Origin: an uncultured delta proteobacterium
GTDB lineage: Bacteria > Desulfobacterota > Desulfuromonadia > Geobacterales > Pseudopelobacteraceae
Direction: 5' to 3'
Length of the DNA: 64,000 nt
Assembly (NCBI GenBank): GCA_963772835.1
Contig: CAVYYZ010000024.1
Location: 96,001-160,000 of the forward strand
The notes beneath the pieces are model-generated. The model did no database searches and was not told where the DNA came from. It saw only the letters and a list, made by a program, of their open reading frames with translations. The position numbers and the translations under genes are program-made. This document shows positions 51,615 through 60,798 of the stretch, piece after piece; within the stretch, counting starts at the first letter, position 1, and the number at the start of each line of letters is the position of its first letter.

Positions 51615-51906
51615 CTGCCTTCCGCGCATTTTCAGCAGCGCTCCTGCGCAGCTCCGCACGTTCTATAGCGGCCTTTTGTTCTGCCTCCATATCCTGCCAG
51701 TGCTTTGTCCAGTCCGTCTTGCGTACCTTGTGAAGCACAAATACACCCGGAATTACGACGCATCCCCAGAAAATAATCATGGTTGCGTCGTTGGCAATAC
51801 CGTACGTAAGCAGGGATAGGCCCATCAACAGCAGAAATGCTTCCATGGACAGAATACGTCCTATCAGGGGAGTCTTCTTGGTTTCATCGTGTGTCTCTTG
51901 CGTCAT
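51598..51906 (-). CDS. Small two-TM hypothetical protein
   Basis: Two hydrophobic segments and charged tail; packed between glcD-like gene and maf. Confidence 0.7.
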   Translation of the reverse strand: MTQETHDETKKTPLIGRILSMEAFLLLMGLSLLTYGIANDATMIIFWGCVVIPGVFVLHKVRKTDWTKHWQDMEAEQKAAIERAELRRSAAENARKADDDGK

Positions 51907-51916
51907 GCCATTCTCC

Positions 51917-53296
51917 CTACCAGGGAAACATTTTTCCCGGGTTCAATATATTATGTGGATCAAGAGCAGCTTTGATAGCTTTCATGGCTGCGATCTGCTG
52001 CGGGGAGAGTTCCAGCTCGATATAGGGAGCCTTGGAGAGCCCGACCCCATGTTCACCTGACATGGTGCCGTTCAGGTCCAGCGCAGCCTGGAATACGTCG
52101 CGAATCGCCAGGTGTGCTTTTTCGTCCATGCCGGGGACGCTTTTGTCGACCATGATATTGACATGGATATTACCGTCACCGGCGTGCCCGAAGTTGACAA
52201 TCGGGATGTCGTACTTCGCCTGAATTTTCTCTATGGTACGGATGATGTCAGGAACTTTACTGCGCGGCACAACGACATCTTCATTGTACTTGGTCGGGTT
52301 GATATCCCGCAGCGACGGCGATACCAGCCGCCGTACCCGCCAAAGCTCCTCAGATTCAGCTGCATCTTTTGCCGCCCGGAACTGCACGAGTCCCAGCGGT
52401 TTGATCAGTTCATGGATCTGTGCAGCCTGTTTCTCTATAAGGTCGCGGTCGCCGTCCACCTCGATCAACAGCACCGCCCGCCCTTCAGGCGGGACTCCCA
52501 GATTAAAGCGCCGCTCGACACATTGCAGTGTGGCATAGTCCATGAATTCGAGTGTCGTCGGAATTATTTTATTACCGATGATCGTCGAGACCGCCTTGGC
52601 CGCCCCGTCAATCGAGTCGAATATCGTCAGCATGGTCTTCTTCGCGTCGGGAAAGGGGAGAATTTTGAAGATGATTTTGGTGATGACCCCCAGCGTGCCT
52701 TCGCTGCCGCAGAGCAGTCTGGTCATATCGTACCCGACAACCGCCTTGTAGGTTTCGCCGCCGGTGCGGATAATTTCGCCGGTCGGCAGTACGACTTCGA
52801 GTCCCATGACGAAGTCCCGGGTGACTCCGTACTTGACACAGCGAGGTCCACCGGCGTTTTCAGCGACGTTGCCCCCCAGGGTGGAAAACTTGAGCGACGC
52901 GGGATCGGGGGGATAAAAAAATCCGAGTTTTTCGACGGCAAGCTGAAACTGCTCCGTTACAACACCCGGCTCAACCTCGGCAATCAGGTTTTCGGTGTCG
53001 ATCCGCAGGATACGGTTCATGCGGGTTGTTACCAGTACAACCCCGCCCCCCTTGGGGAGTGAACCACCGGTAAAGCCGCTTCCCGCACCGCGCGGGAAGA
53101 CCGGAAAACCCTCGCGGTTTGCCAGTTTCAGAACAGCTGAGACCTCTTCGGCATTGGCCGGATGTACAGCGGCATCCGGCAGAAACTCCATCTGAGTGGC
53201 ATCATAGCCGTAGCAGATCAGATCCTGCCTGGAGGTTGTAATATTGTCAGAACCGACAATTGTCGTAAGCTCTTTGATTAAATGTGCTGCAAGCAT
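51917..53296 (-). CDS. glcD: FAD-linked 2-hydroxyacid oxidase/dehydrogenase (GlcD-like)
   Basis: PRGAGSG, YPPDPAS, GSEGTLG, GHAGDGNIH, GEHGVG, LNPGK. Confidence 0.88.
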   Translation of the reverse strand: MLAAHLIKELTTIVGSDNITTSRQDLICYGYDATQMEFLPDAAVHPANAEEVSAVLKLANREGFPVFPRGAGSGFTGGSLPKGGGVVLVTTRMNRILRIDTENLIAEVEPGVVTEQFQLAVEKLGFFYPPDPASLKFSTLGGNVAENAGGPRCVKYGVTRDFVMGLEVVLPTGEIIRTGGETYKAVVGYDMTRLLCGSEGTLGVITKIIFKILPFPDAKKTMLTIFDSIDGAAKAVSTIIGNKIIPTTLEFMDYATLQCVERRFNLGVPPEGRAVLLIEVDGDRDLIEKQAAQIHELIKPLGLVQFRAAKDAAESEELWRVRRLVSPSLRDINPTKYNEDVVVPRSKVPDIIRTIEKIQAKYDIPIVNFGHAGDGNIHVNIMVDKSVPGMDEKAHLAIRDVFQAALDLNGTMSGEHGVGLSKAPYIELELSPQQIAAMKAIKAALDPHNILNPGKMFPW

Positions 53297-53458
53297 GGGA
53301 GGTCCTTTCGGTAAAGATTCAGCTCGTAAAGATACATGATATGGCGGCAACACTGCAAGGCAGTTTTACCCGGACACAAAATCTCTGTTGCCAGCGGAAG
53401 CGAAACCATTTATCCTGACCACCTGCAGCGATATATACACAACAGGAGGTTTACACGA

Positions 53459-53899
53459 ATGAAGCATTTCAGAAACATTGCAGTACCAGTTATTATGGCA
53501 GTATTAATTGCACTTCCCACCTTTGCCGCACAAGATGCAAAAAAGGCTACCGGGAAAACGGTGACAACGGCATCCGGTTTAAAATACGTCGATATAACCG
53601 TTGGCAAGGGAGCATCACCGGTTGCCGGTAAACAGGTCAAGGTGCACTATACCGGGACGCTTGAAAACGGTAAAAAATTTGACAGTTCAGTCGACCGGAA
53701 CGAGCCGTTCTCTTTTGCTATTGGCGTCGGCCAGGTTATTCAGGGGTGGGATGAAGGTGTTATGACCATGAAGGTCGGCGGCAAGCGCAAGCTGATTATT
53801 CCCGCCAAACTCGGTTACGGCGCACGGGGCGCCGGCGGAGTTATTCCCCCGAATGCCACCCTGCTGTTTGATGTGGAACTGCTTGACGTCGGGAAGTAA
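53459..53899 (+). CDS. Exported FKBP-type peptidyl-prolyl isomerase
   Basis: Signal peptide, VHYTGTL, FDSS, VIQGWDEG, IPPNATLLFDVELL. Confidence 0.95.
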   Translation: MKHFRNIAVPVIMAVLIALPTFAAQDAKKATGKTVTTASGLKYVDITVGKGASPVAGKQVKVHYTGTLENGKKFDSSVDRNEPFSFAIGVGQVIQGWDEGVMTMKVGGKRKLIIPAKLGYGARGAGGVIPPNATLLFDVELLDVGK

Positions 53900-53925
53900 T
53901 CTGCTTCACATCGACTCATTACTAC

Positions 53926-53954
53926 ACAGCCCGCCTGCGCGGGCTGTCTTTTTT
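53926..53954 (+). terminator. Intrinsic terminator after FKBP
   Basis: ACAGCCCGC-CTGC-GCGGGCTGT followed by CTTTTTT. Confidence 0.75.
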
Positions 53955-53974
53955 CGGTTTACTGGAGTTGATGC

Positions 53975-54451
53975 ATGACTAATCTGATTTCTGCTGAAGG
54001 TCTGAAAAAACTGTGTGACGAATATGACTACCTCTGGAAGGTGGAGCGGCCAAAAGTTGTCCGGGGGGTTGCCGATGCCGCAGCTGAAGGTGATCGTTCG
54101 GAAAATGCCGAGTACATTTATGGTAAAAAACGTCTGCGCGAAATAGACCGTAAACTGAAGCATATCGGTTCGCGTCTGAAAGTGCTGAAGGTGGCAACTG
54201 TTCCTCCGAATCCGAAGCAGATTACCTTCGGCTGCTGGGTGACCTATGAAGAAGAATCCGGAGAAACACGCTGTTATCAGCTGGTTGGTCCTGATGAAAT
54301 CGATGTCAGCATCGGCAGGATCAGTCTTGATTCACCGGTCGGTCAGGCGCTGCTGCACAAAAAACTTGATGATGAGGTCACCGTCCGGAAACCGGGGGGG
54401 GAGATGACCCTGTATGTTACCGGAATAAGCTCGACCCGGCCGGGACAGTAA
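53975..54451 (+). CDS. greB: Transcription elongation factor GreB
   Basis: LWKVERP, GDRSENAEYIYGKKRLREIDR, ISLDSP. Confidence 0.95.
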   Translation: MTNLISAEGLKKLCDEYDYLWKVERPKVVRGVADAAAEGDRSENAEYIYGKKRLREIDRKLKHIGSRLKVLKVATVPPNPKQITFGCWVTYEEESGETRCYQLVGPDEIDVSIGRISLDSPVGQALLHKKLDDEVTVRKPGGEMTLYVTGISSTRPGQ

Positions 54452-54488
54452 TAACCCGTCTCCTCAGCCGGCAGACTCCGCCGCTATT

Positions 54489-55058
54489 CTATCGTTCCTG
54501 CTCATACCCCGCAACCACTGCCTCATAGCGGGCAGTAAGGTCAGCCGCCGAGCCGGCCTCTGCAGCAGCATATCCGGCAATAATAGCATCCCGCATGGTG
54601 TCAGGAATAACGCGCTCTGCAAGAGGATACAGAATGTCATCCTCTTTTTCGATATGTTCACGCAGCAGGGCCGCATAGGCCAGGGCATTTTCGGCGATGA
54701 TCGCTCCGCATCCGGTTTCTCCGTCCATAGCTGCAAGGACGGCTGCCTCCATCCCCTTGACGAAAGCGCGACCCTGGTCATGTTCCATCAGCATGGCTGC
54801 AATCGGGCTGTTCTCCCGGGGCATGCCGTTAACCACCAGTGCCTCGAAAAGTACATCCTCCTCCTTGGCATGGTGGAAGCGATCGGCGAAGGTGCGGATG
54901 AAGTCAACGCCATCCAGATAAAACTGCCAGTTGGCATACGTACCGTCTGTCGTGCGGGGTGCGTTCCGCTCCAGCAGGGCGATCATACGCAGGATCAGAA
55001 GATGTTCGTTGACCAGCGCCGTGGTGATATCCTTCTTTTGGGTGCACGCAGTATTCAT
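54489..55058 (-). CDS. Hemerythrin-like (HHE) di-iron protein
   Basis: EH..., HHAKEE, EHDQGR, HIEKED ligand pattern. Confidence 0.92.
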   Translation of the reverse strand: MNTACTQKKDITTALVNEHLLILRMIALLERNAPRTTDGTYANWQFYLDGVDFIRTFADRFHHAKEEDVLFEALVVNGMPRENSPIAAMLMEHDQGRAFVKGMEAAVLAAMDGETGCGAIIAENALAYAALLREHIEKEDDILYPLAERVIPDTMRDAIIAGYAAAEAGSAADLTARYEAVVAGYEQER

Positions 55059-55513
55059 CAGACCCTCCGCTCTCCGTTGATGCCGATAACGAGGCTTTCC
55101 AGCGGGATATCCATGCCGCTCTTCTGGAGCGCCTCCCGTACCATGATATCCAGACCTCGGCAGCAGGGTACTTCCATAATGGCGACGGTGATGCTCTTGA
55201 TGGCGTTGGCGCTGAATATATGTGCCAGCTTATCCACATAGGCGGTGGTGTCATCCAGCTTGGGGCAGGCGATCGCCAGTGCTTTCCCTTTGAGCAGATC
55301 CTGATGTGTGCTCCCCATGGCAAAAGCCACGCAGTCGGCGCATATCAGAATATCCGCGTTCTGAAAATAGGGAGCGGTGGGGGGTACGAGGTGAAGCTGC
55401 ACCGGCCACTGTCTGAGTTCCGAGGGAGCTTTTCCCGATGGAGTGCAGGTTGTTTCCGGTCGTTCAATTACTTTTGCCATGCTGCCTGAGCAGCCGCATC
55501 CTTCGTGTGCCAT
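55058..55513 (-). CDS. Cys-rich putative Fe-S protein (FrdX-like C-terminal domain, no ferredoxin module)
   Basis: GCGCSG, SELRQWPVQL, ADC, ACPKLD, MEVPCCRGL. Confidence 0.82.
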   Translation of the reverse strand: MAHEGCGCSGSMAKVIERPETTCTPSGKAPSELRQWPVQLHLVPPTAPYFQNADILICADCVAFAMGSTHQDLLKGKALAIACPKLDDTTAYVDKLAHIFSANAIKSITVAIMEVPCCRGLDIMVREALQKSGMDIPLESLVIGINGERRV

Positions 55514-55515
55514 GA

Positions 55516-55737
55516 TTATTCTCCTTTTTGTGTCAGATAGTCGTTAATTTCACGTTCGATATTCGCTTCATCATCCTTGGACAGTCCATGAATTGAAACC
55601 ACGTCCTTCAGCAGACAGATGCCGACTTTACAGGTGACGCAGCCGATCTCGAACCGGTTCAGTATCTCGCCGATTTCCGGATAACTCTGCATTACATCTT
55701 GAATTGCCCTGTCGCCAAGACTGTTTTTGAATTCCAT
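55516..55737 (-). CDS. DUF1858-like small CxxC protein
   Basis: IQDVMQSYPE, IGCVTCKVGIC, IHGL; GGAGG RBS. Confidence 0.78.
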   Translation of the reverse strand: MEFKNSLGDRAIQDVMQSYPEIGEILNRFEIGCVTCKVGICLLKDVVSIHGLSKDDEANIEREINDYLTQKGE

Positions 55738-55766
55738 CTCTGCACCTCCCTGCTTGTGATGTTTCC

Positions 55767-55808
55767 ACCATATCCGCTTCAGCGTATATTTTTAATGACC
55801 TGGGTCAA
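55767..55808 (-). promoter_or_regulatory. CRP/FNR-family (HcpR-like) box with class II promoter geometry
   Basis: TTGACCCAGGTCAT (55808-55795) and -10-like TATGGT (55772-55767). Confidence 0.75.
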
Positions 55809-56019
55809 GATTGTCGACTATTTCGGGGTTTGATAGAACTGATCTGCCGCTTCCTTGTGACATCATCTCCGTCGTCCTGATTGCTGCCAAATCGTCCGTG
55901 ATAAAATTTTTAAATCATGGCTAAAACCGGCAAAATCTGCTATGGCACACTGGCTGCCATATTCAGTTCAATAGTGCAGCGCCGGCCACTGATCCGCGCA
56001 GGAGAATCCCCTGCATGCC

Positions 56020-56240
56020 CGGCCGGGACTTTTGCTGCCCGTCACCTCCGTCACCCTGATCAGGGATGACGGCGCGGTCCTGCTGTTTGACGGCCGGAGC
56101 GGAAGATCCCGGCTGAACGGTCAGTAACAGGCATTCCGGTGGATGAGACCACCCGGGAAGAGATCCTGCAGGCCGGTTCCGGGACCGGACTGAGCCGTTC
56201 CGTGCTGGAGGCGGTCGCCAGTGGAGACACACAGATCTGA
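56020..56240 (+). pseudogene. Frameshifted 3' remnant resembling an Ldh_2-family (YbiC/HcxB-like) dehydrogenase
   Basis: ..AVLLFDG, frameshift, PERKIPAERSVTGIPVDETTREEILQAG..; no start; similarity recognised by eye. Confidence 0.5.
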
Positions 56241-56332
56241 GTATGCTACATAGTCTCCGTCCGAAACTTACGGTTGGAACCTACATACGAACAATGCGGT
56301 TAAAACTGATACACAACTCCAGGAGGGATCCA

Positions 56333-57331
56333 ATGAGAAGTCGAACAAGCGTGGCAATGACATGTGTAATGGCGTTTTCTATGTTTCTTTCAACAGCAGT
56401 TCATGCAGCCCCGCTTCCGGATATGCCTCTCATCGGTATATCCCAGATCGTATCCCATCCAGCCCTGGATGCAATTGTACGGGGAATCAGGGATGAACTC
56501 GCCGATCTGAAGGTCCACGTGGAATATGACCTGCAAAATGCCAATGGTGATATCAACGCTGCGGCGTCTATCGCGAAAAAATTCCAGGCGGAAAAAGTAA
56601 CCCTGGCAGTAGGAATTGCCACTCCGACCGCCCAGGCTCTGGTCAAAACCCTGAAAGACACGCCGGTAGTTTTCTCCGGTATTACCGACCCGGTAAAGGC
56701 CGGCCTGGTAACTTCTCTTGAAAAAGGGGAAAAATTCGTTACGGGGTATTCCAATATGACCCCGGTCAAGAGGCAGATTGAGATGCTGCTCAGGATCAAA
56801 AAGATAAAACGGCTCGGCCATCTGTACACCGGTTCCGAAGTAAACGCCGTTGTACTTGCCGGCATTGTCAAGCAGTCGTGCAAGGAGCTTGGCATCGAAT
56901 ACGTGGAAACCACGGTTACGAAATCGGCCGAGGTGAAGCAGGCGGCCCAATCACTCATCGGGCGTGTTGACGCACTGTATATCAGCACCGACAATACTGT
57001 TGTCTCGGCAATGAGTTCAATATCTGAAGTGGCTTTGAAAAACAGAATACCGATTATGTCGGCCGATACGACCTCGGCAGAGTCGCATCCTGTCATGGTG
57101 GCGTGGGGCTTCGATTACTACAAGATGGGGCGGGCTACCGGAAAAATGATTGATGAAATTCTCAAGGGTAAAAAGCCGGAGCAGATTCCGACCCGATTCA
57201 TGACAAAACCCTCGGATATCGACCTGCTGGTCAACCTGGATGTGGCAAAACAGATCGGCCTGAGTATTCCGAACGATATTGTCAGCCATGCTAACAAGGT
57301 CGTCAAAAACGGGGTGTTGACCAAAAAATAG
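56333..57331 (+). CDS. ABC substrate-binding protein (ABC_sub_bind, aromatic amino acid-binding type), orphan
   Basis: QIVSHPALD, NANGD, IATPTAQ, TDPV, TDNTV; signal peptide; AGGAGG RBS. Confidence 0.9.
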   Translation: MRSRTSVAMTCVMAFSMFLSTAVHAAPLPDMPLIGISQIVSHPALDAIVRGIRDELADLKVHVEYDLQNANGDINAAASIAKKFQAEKVTLAVGIATPTAQALVKTLKDTPVVFSGITDPVKAGLVTSLEKGEKFVTGYSNMTPVKRQIEMLLRIKKIKRLGHLYTGSEVNAVVLAGIVKQSCKELGIEYVETTVTKSAEVKQAAQSLIGRVDALYISTDNTVVSAMSSISEVALKNRIPIMSADTTSAESHPVMVAWGFDYYKMGRATGKMIDEILKGKKPEQIPTRFMTKPSDIDLLVNLDVAKQIGLSIPNDIVSHANKVVKNGVLTKK

Positions 57332-57436
57332 AGAACTGTTATGACGGCAGAGTTATACTCGGCCCTGCAGCCGGTTGACTCAGCGCTATTCGTTGCGGCA
57401 CCCGGAGAGGGCCGAAGCCGGTCTGGATGAAAACTC

Positions 57437-58723
57437 TCATCCAGCCCCCTGAAGCCCCCGCAGCAGTTCCAGTTGCGTACGTGCCGTGTCCGGGGCGACC
57501 AGTCCGGCGAGCTCAAGCAGCGGTGTTATGGCCTTCTCCGGCGCTATACGGGGATAGGCCTGATCACTGAGTTCATGAACAAGCCTCATGGTGCGGAACG
57601 CATCAAACCACCCGTGAAAAGCCCCCGTCAATGCTGCAGCGTCACGGCTGTTTTTCTTCAGATTATCCCATGAAACTGCGAACCCGGCCTGATCGAGAAA
57701 ACCGTGCAGAACCGGTGAAATATCTGCCGCACTCCTCAGCAGCCATGCCGAATCGGCATCGGTGTGTCCCGCAACAGATGCCAGCCACTCCCCCACTATC
57801 GAAAATACAACCGGTTGATAAAAGAGCAGCCTCTGCTCTCCGTCGGAGAGCATATCCCCCACGGCGCGGCCGGTCCCGAACGGAACCCGGTGCGATGAGC
57901 GAGGTGAAGGGTGCACCGTCGTACCTGATAGTGCGGCGACGCCGGACGTTTTGTGGAGCTGCTGCAGGAAGTAGAAATCCTCGCCGGCCAGACGTCGATT
58001 CATCCCGCCGGATGCGACATAGGCTGCAGCCCGGCAGGCCATGGCACTTCCGACGGTGTGAAAAGCGTACGGTGACTGTGCCAGCCCCAGTCCAAGTACG
58101 TAGGTTCGCAGAAAAAGCTCGTAGCGGTCAATGGCGGACTGTCCCGCAGGATCATCAGCCGGACGGTGACGATAGGGGATAACAGCACCGCCTGCGGATG
58201 AAGCGGCAAAATGCCGGGTGATGGCAGGGAGGTAGTCCGGTTGGACCAGAGTATCGGCGTCGAGGCAGATCAGAAGCGGATCTGCGTGGCGGTAGTCGAG
58301 AAGCGGGAGAACACCGTCGAGACCGATTTTACGCGCCAGACCCACTCCCTGCTTGGGCGGCAGTTCCATCCCGGGTGAGGCGGCATCGATCCAGAACAGA
58401 TTTTTCAAACCGAACTGACGCTTCCAGGACGGCAGACGTATCAGCGTTTCAAGATTGTCGCCCCTCTCAGCGTCTGATGCATCGGCACGCTGGTTGACAA
58501 CGATCAGTATTACAAATTGATCAAGCAGGTCGGAAGGATTTCGGGAAAGCGTCTCCAGTGTCTGTGGAAGATTGACGGATTCAGCGAGCGAGGGGATGAC
58601 GATTGCACCGAGGAAATGGTGAGAGGTGCTCCCGTTAATGCGCCAGGGAGAGCCGGCTGCCCGTTTTTTTACATACGCCGATATGGGCGTGGGGAGATAT
58701 GTATCCGGCATATCACTATTCAA
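57437..58723 (-). CDS. GT-A fold (GT2-like) protein
   Basis: IVIPSLAE, GVGLARKIG, LDADT (DxD), GSAM, AGEDFYF, SHRVPFGTG. Confidence 0.8.
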   Translation of the reverse strand: MNSDMPDTYLPTPISAYVKKRAAGSPWRINGSTSHHFLGAIVIPSLAESVNLPQTLETLSRNPSDLLDQFVILIVVNQRADASDAERGDNLETLIRLPSWKRQFGLKNLFWIDAASPGMELPPKQGVGLARKIGLDGVLPLLDYRHADPLLICLDADTLVQPDYLPAITRHFAASSAGGAVIPYRHRPADDPAGQSAIDRYELFLRTYVLGLGLAQSPYAFHTVGSAMACRAAAYVASGGMNRRLAGEDFYFLQQLHKTSGVAALSGTTVHPSPRSSHRVPFGTGRAVGDMLSDGEQRLLFYQPVVFSIVGEWLASVAGHTDADSAWLLRSAADISPVLHGFLDQAGFAVSWDNLKKNSRDAAALTGAFHGWFDAFRTMRLVHELSDQAYPRIAPEKAITPLLELAGLVAPDTARTQLELLRGLQGAG

Positions 58724-58801
58724 AAGTCATTACTCACGCGACAACGCAGCAACGTTGCTGAAAACAGAATGTTTTTGGTTCTTGAATGCTTCGGTTGACA
58801 A

Positions 58802-59407
58802 TTATTCCGTTCCCCAGCGCGTGTAGAGATCGTTTTCAATTCCCAGTTGATCAAGTACCTTTCCCACGACAAAGTCAACCAGCTCCAGTACCGTTTCCGG
58901 TCTGCCGTAAAAACCCGGCATCGCCGGTATGATACGTGTACCGGCGCGGGAAAGCTTCAGCATGTTCTCAAGATGGATATCGGAAAGCGGTGTTTCCCGG
59001 GGGACAAGCAGCAGCGGGCGCCGTTCCTTGAGCATGACATCGGCGCTCCTCTCAATAAGGTTGCCGGAAATACCGCCGGCAATGCGCGCCAGAGTGCCCA
59101 TGCTGCAGGGACAAACCACCATTGCATCCGGTGCAGACGACCCGCTGGCGGCGGCGCAGAAGAGATCGTCGGGATGCACCAGCGATATGCCTGAATTGAT
59201 TTCAAGATGCGAATACAGGCGCTGAAGCGCTTTGTCCAGATCACCGGAGAGGTCAAGCCCGGTCTCCTCACGGCAGACCGCCGTGCCGCTGCAGCTGGCA
59301 CTGAATGTGACCTGAAACCCGTTCAGGCAGAGCTGTTCAGCCAGACGGAGTCCATACATTGAGCCTGATGCACCGGTCAGCGCGACAAAAATGTGTGTAT
59401 GCTTCAT
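58802..59407 (-). CDS. ubiX: Flavin prenyltransferase
   Basis: TGASG, ASGS, PCSMGTL, LKERR, PRETP, PAMPGFY. Confidence 0.96.
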   Translation of the reverse strand: MKHTHIFVALTGASGSMYGLRLAEQLCLNGFQVTFSASCSGTAVCREETGLDLSGDLDKALQRLYSHLEINSGISLVHPDDLFCAAASGSSAPDAMVVCPCSMGTLARIAGGISGNLIERSADVMLKERRPLLLVPRETPLSDIHLENMLKLSRAGTRIIPAMPGFYGRPETVLELVDFVVGKVLDQLGIENDLYTRWGTE

Positions 59408-59410
59408 TCG

Positions 59411-60286
59411 TTACCTCGTCAGAACATCGGCTGCAGTAAAAAGTACAATTGCAACGCTGATGTATCCGTTCATGTTGAAAAACGCCGCATCCAGTTTGCC
59501 CAGATTCCCATCCCTCAGCAGCCAGTGTTCGTACAGCAGCATGGTGACTGTTACCAGGATGCCGACAAGAAAGAGTGTACCAAGATGCATGATGTTGAAC
59601 AGTAGAAACAGCAGCCCGACCATGATCAGATGAAAAATCCGGGCAGCCCACAGAGAACCGTTTACGCCGAGCAGTACCGGAAGAGAATGAAGCCCTGCAG
59701 AGCGGTCAAAATCAAGATCCTGAAGAGCATACAGAATATCAAACCCGGCAACCCAGAACAGAACCACTCCTCCCAGAACCACTGCCGGGGTTTCAATCAT
59801 GCCGCGAATTGCAATCCAGGCACCGATCGGAGCCGCTGCCAGGCAGACTCCGAGAACGATATGGGCAAGCGCAGTGAAACGCTTGCAGTATGAATAAAGC
59901 ACCAGAAAAAAAAGTGCAATCGGAGAAAGCTTGAGGCAGAGGGGGCCCAGCATCTGCGCTGCAAGCATCATCAATGCAACTGACGCTACGATAAAGAACA
60001 GGGTGAACCCCTTGCCGATCAAGCCTGCAGGAATAGCTCTGGCGGCGGTCCGGGGGTTGCGGGCGTCAATCCCGGCGTCGATCAGCCGGTTCATCGCCAT
60101 GGCTGCCGTTCGGGCGCCGACCATAGCCAGGATAATCAGGACCGTCTGGCGGATGGTTGGAAAACCTCCTGCAGCGAGCAGTGCACCGGTCAGAGCAAAC
60201 GGGAGTGCAAAGATCGTGTGGGAAAACTTGATCATCTCCAGAAAGATGGCGGTTTGTCGGGAAACTTTTGTGATGAAGGCGGTCAC
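59411..60286 (-). CDS. UbiA-family prenyltransferase (MqnP-like)
   Basis: IKFSHTIFALPF, NRLID..DARNPRT, YSYCKRF, DILYALQD. Confidence 0.93.
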   Translation of the reverse strand: MTAFITKVSRQTAIFLEMIKFSHTIFALPFALTGALLAAGGFPTIRQTVLIILAMVGARTAAMAMNRLIDAGIDARNPRTAARAIPAGLIGKGFTLFFIVASVALMMLAAQMLGPLCLKLSPIALFFLVLYSYCKRFTALAHIVLGVCLAAAPIGAWIAIRGMIETPAVVLGGVVLFWVAGFDILYALQDLDFDRSAGLHSLPVLLGVNGSLWAARIFHLIMVGLLFLLFNIMHLGTLFLVGILVTVTMLLYEHWLLRDGNLGKLDAAFFNMNGYISVAIVLFTAADVLTR

Positions 60287-60288
60287 GG

Positions 60289-60798
60289 TTACTTGTACTC
60301 CTTAAATATCCGCATTATATCTGCCGCTGCCCGGTCCATTTCATTATTTATCAACGTCAGATCAAACATGCCGGGATATTCTTCATAGGGATAATGTTTG
60401 TACATGGTTCCCACTTTTCCCTCTTTATTATAGGCATACGACGTCCGTATCTCAAAATTGTAGTGAGACAGGTGTACTGAAACCGCTCCATTTTGCTGTA
60501 TAACCTCAATCCGCAACTGAGTGTAGTACTTCCGCCCGCCCGCCGGCTGTCCAAAGCCGGTGTCGGTGGTAAAGTGATAGGGAGCCGTTATGAGGACCGT
60601 TCCGGTGCTGTCCGTCTCAAGAATCCGGCACTTCCATGTGTCTTCGAGAAGAGAGCGGATTTTTTTCACGGCATGATCGAGCCGTCCCGGTATGACGACG
60701 ACCCGTGGAGCTATCGGCTCTGCCTCGGCCCGCATATGATAGCAGGCGGGCAGCAGTGCCAGCAGCAGAAAGAGGAGCAGCCACAGGCCGTTACGCAA
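60289..60798 (-). CDS. Hypothetical lipoprotein
   Basis: Hydrophobic signal with LPAC lipobox; TTG start overlapping ubiD end (inferred). Confidence 0.75.
   Translation of the reverse strand: MRNGLWLLLFLLLALLPACYHMRAEAEPIAPRVVVIPGRLDHAVKKIRSLLEDTWKCRILETDSTGTVLITAPYHFTTDTGFGQPAGGRKYYTQLRIEVIQQNGAVSVHLSHYNFEIRTSYAYNKEGKVGTMYKHYPYEEYPGMFDLTLINNEMDRAAADIMRIFKEYK

Noticed and set aside
55960..56250. GC-rich leader as a lysine riboswitch or T-box for the ABC binding protein
   Set aside because: Lacks AGAGGYGC and T-box consensus; reads better as decayed coding sequence
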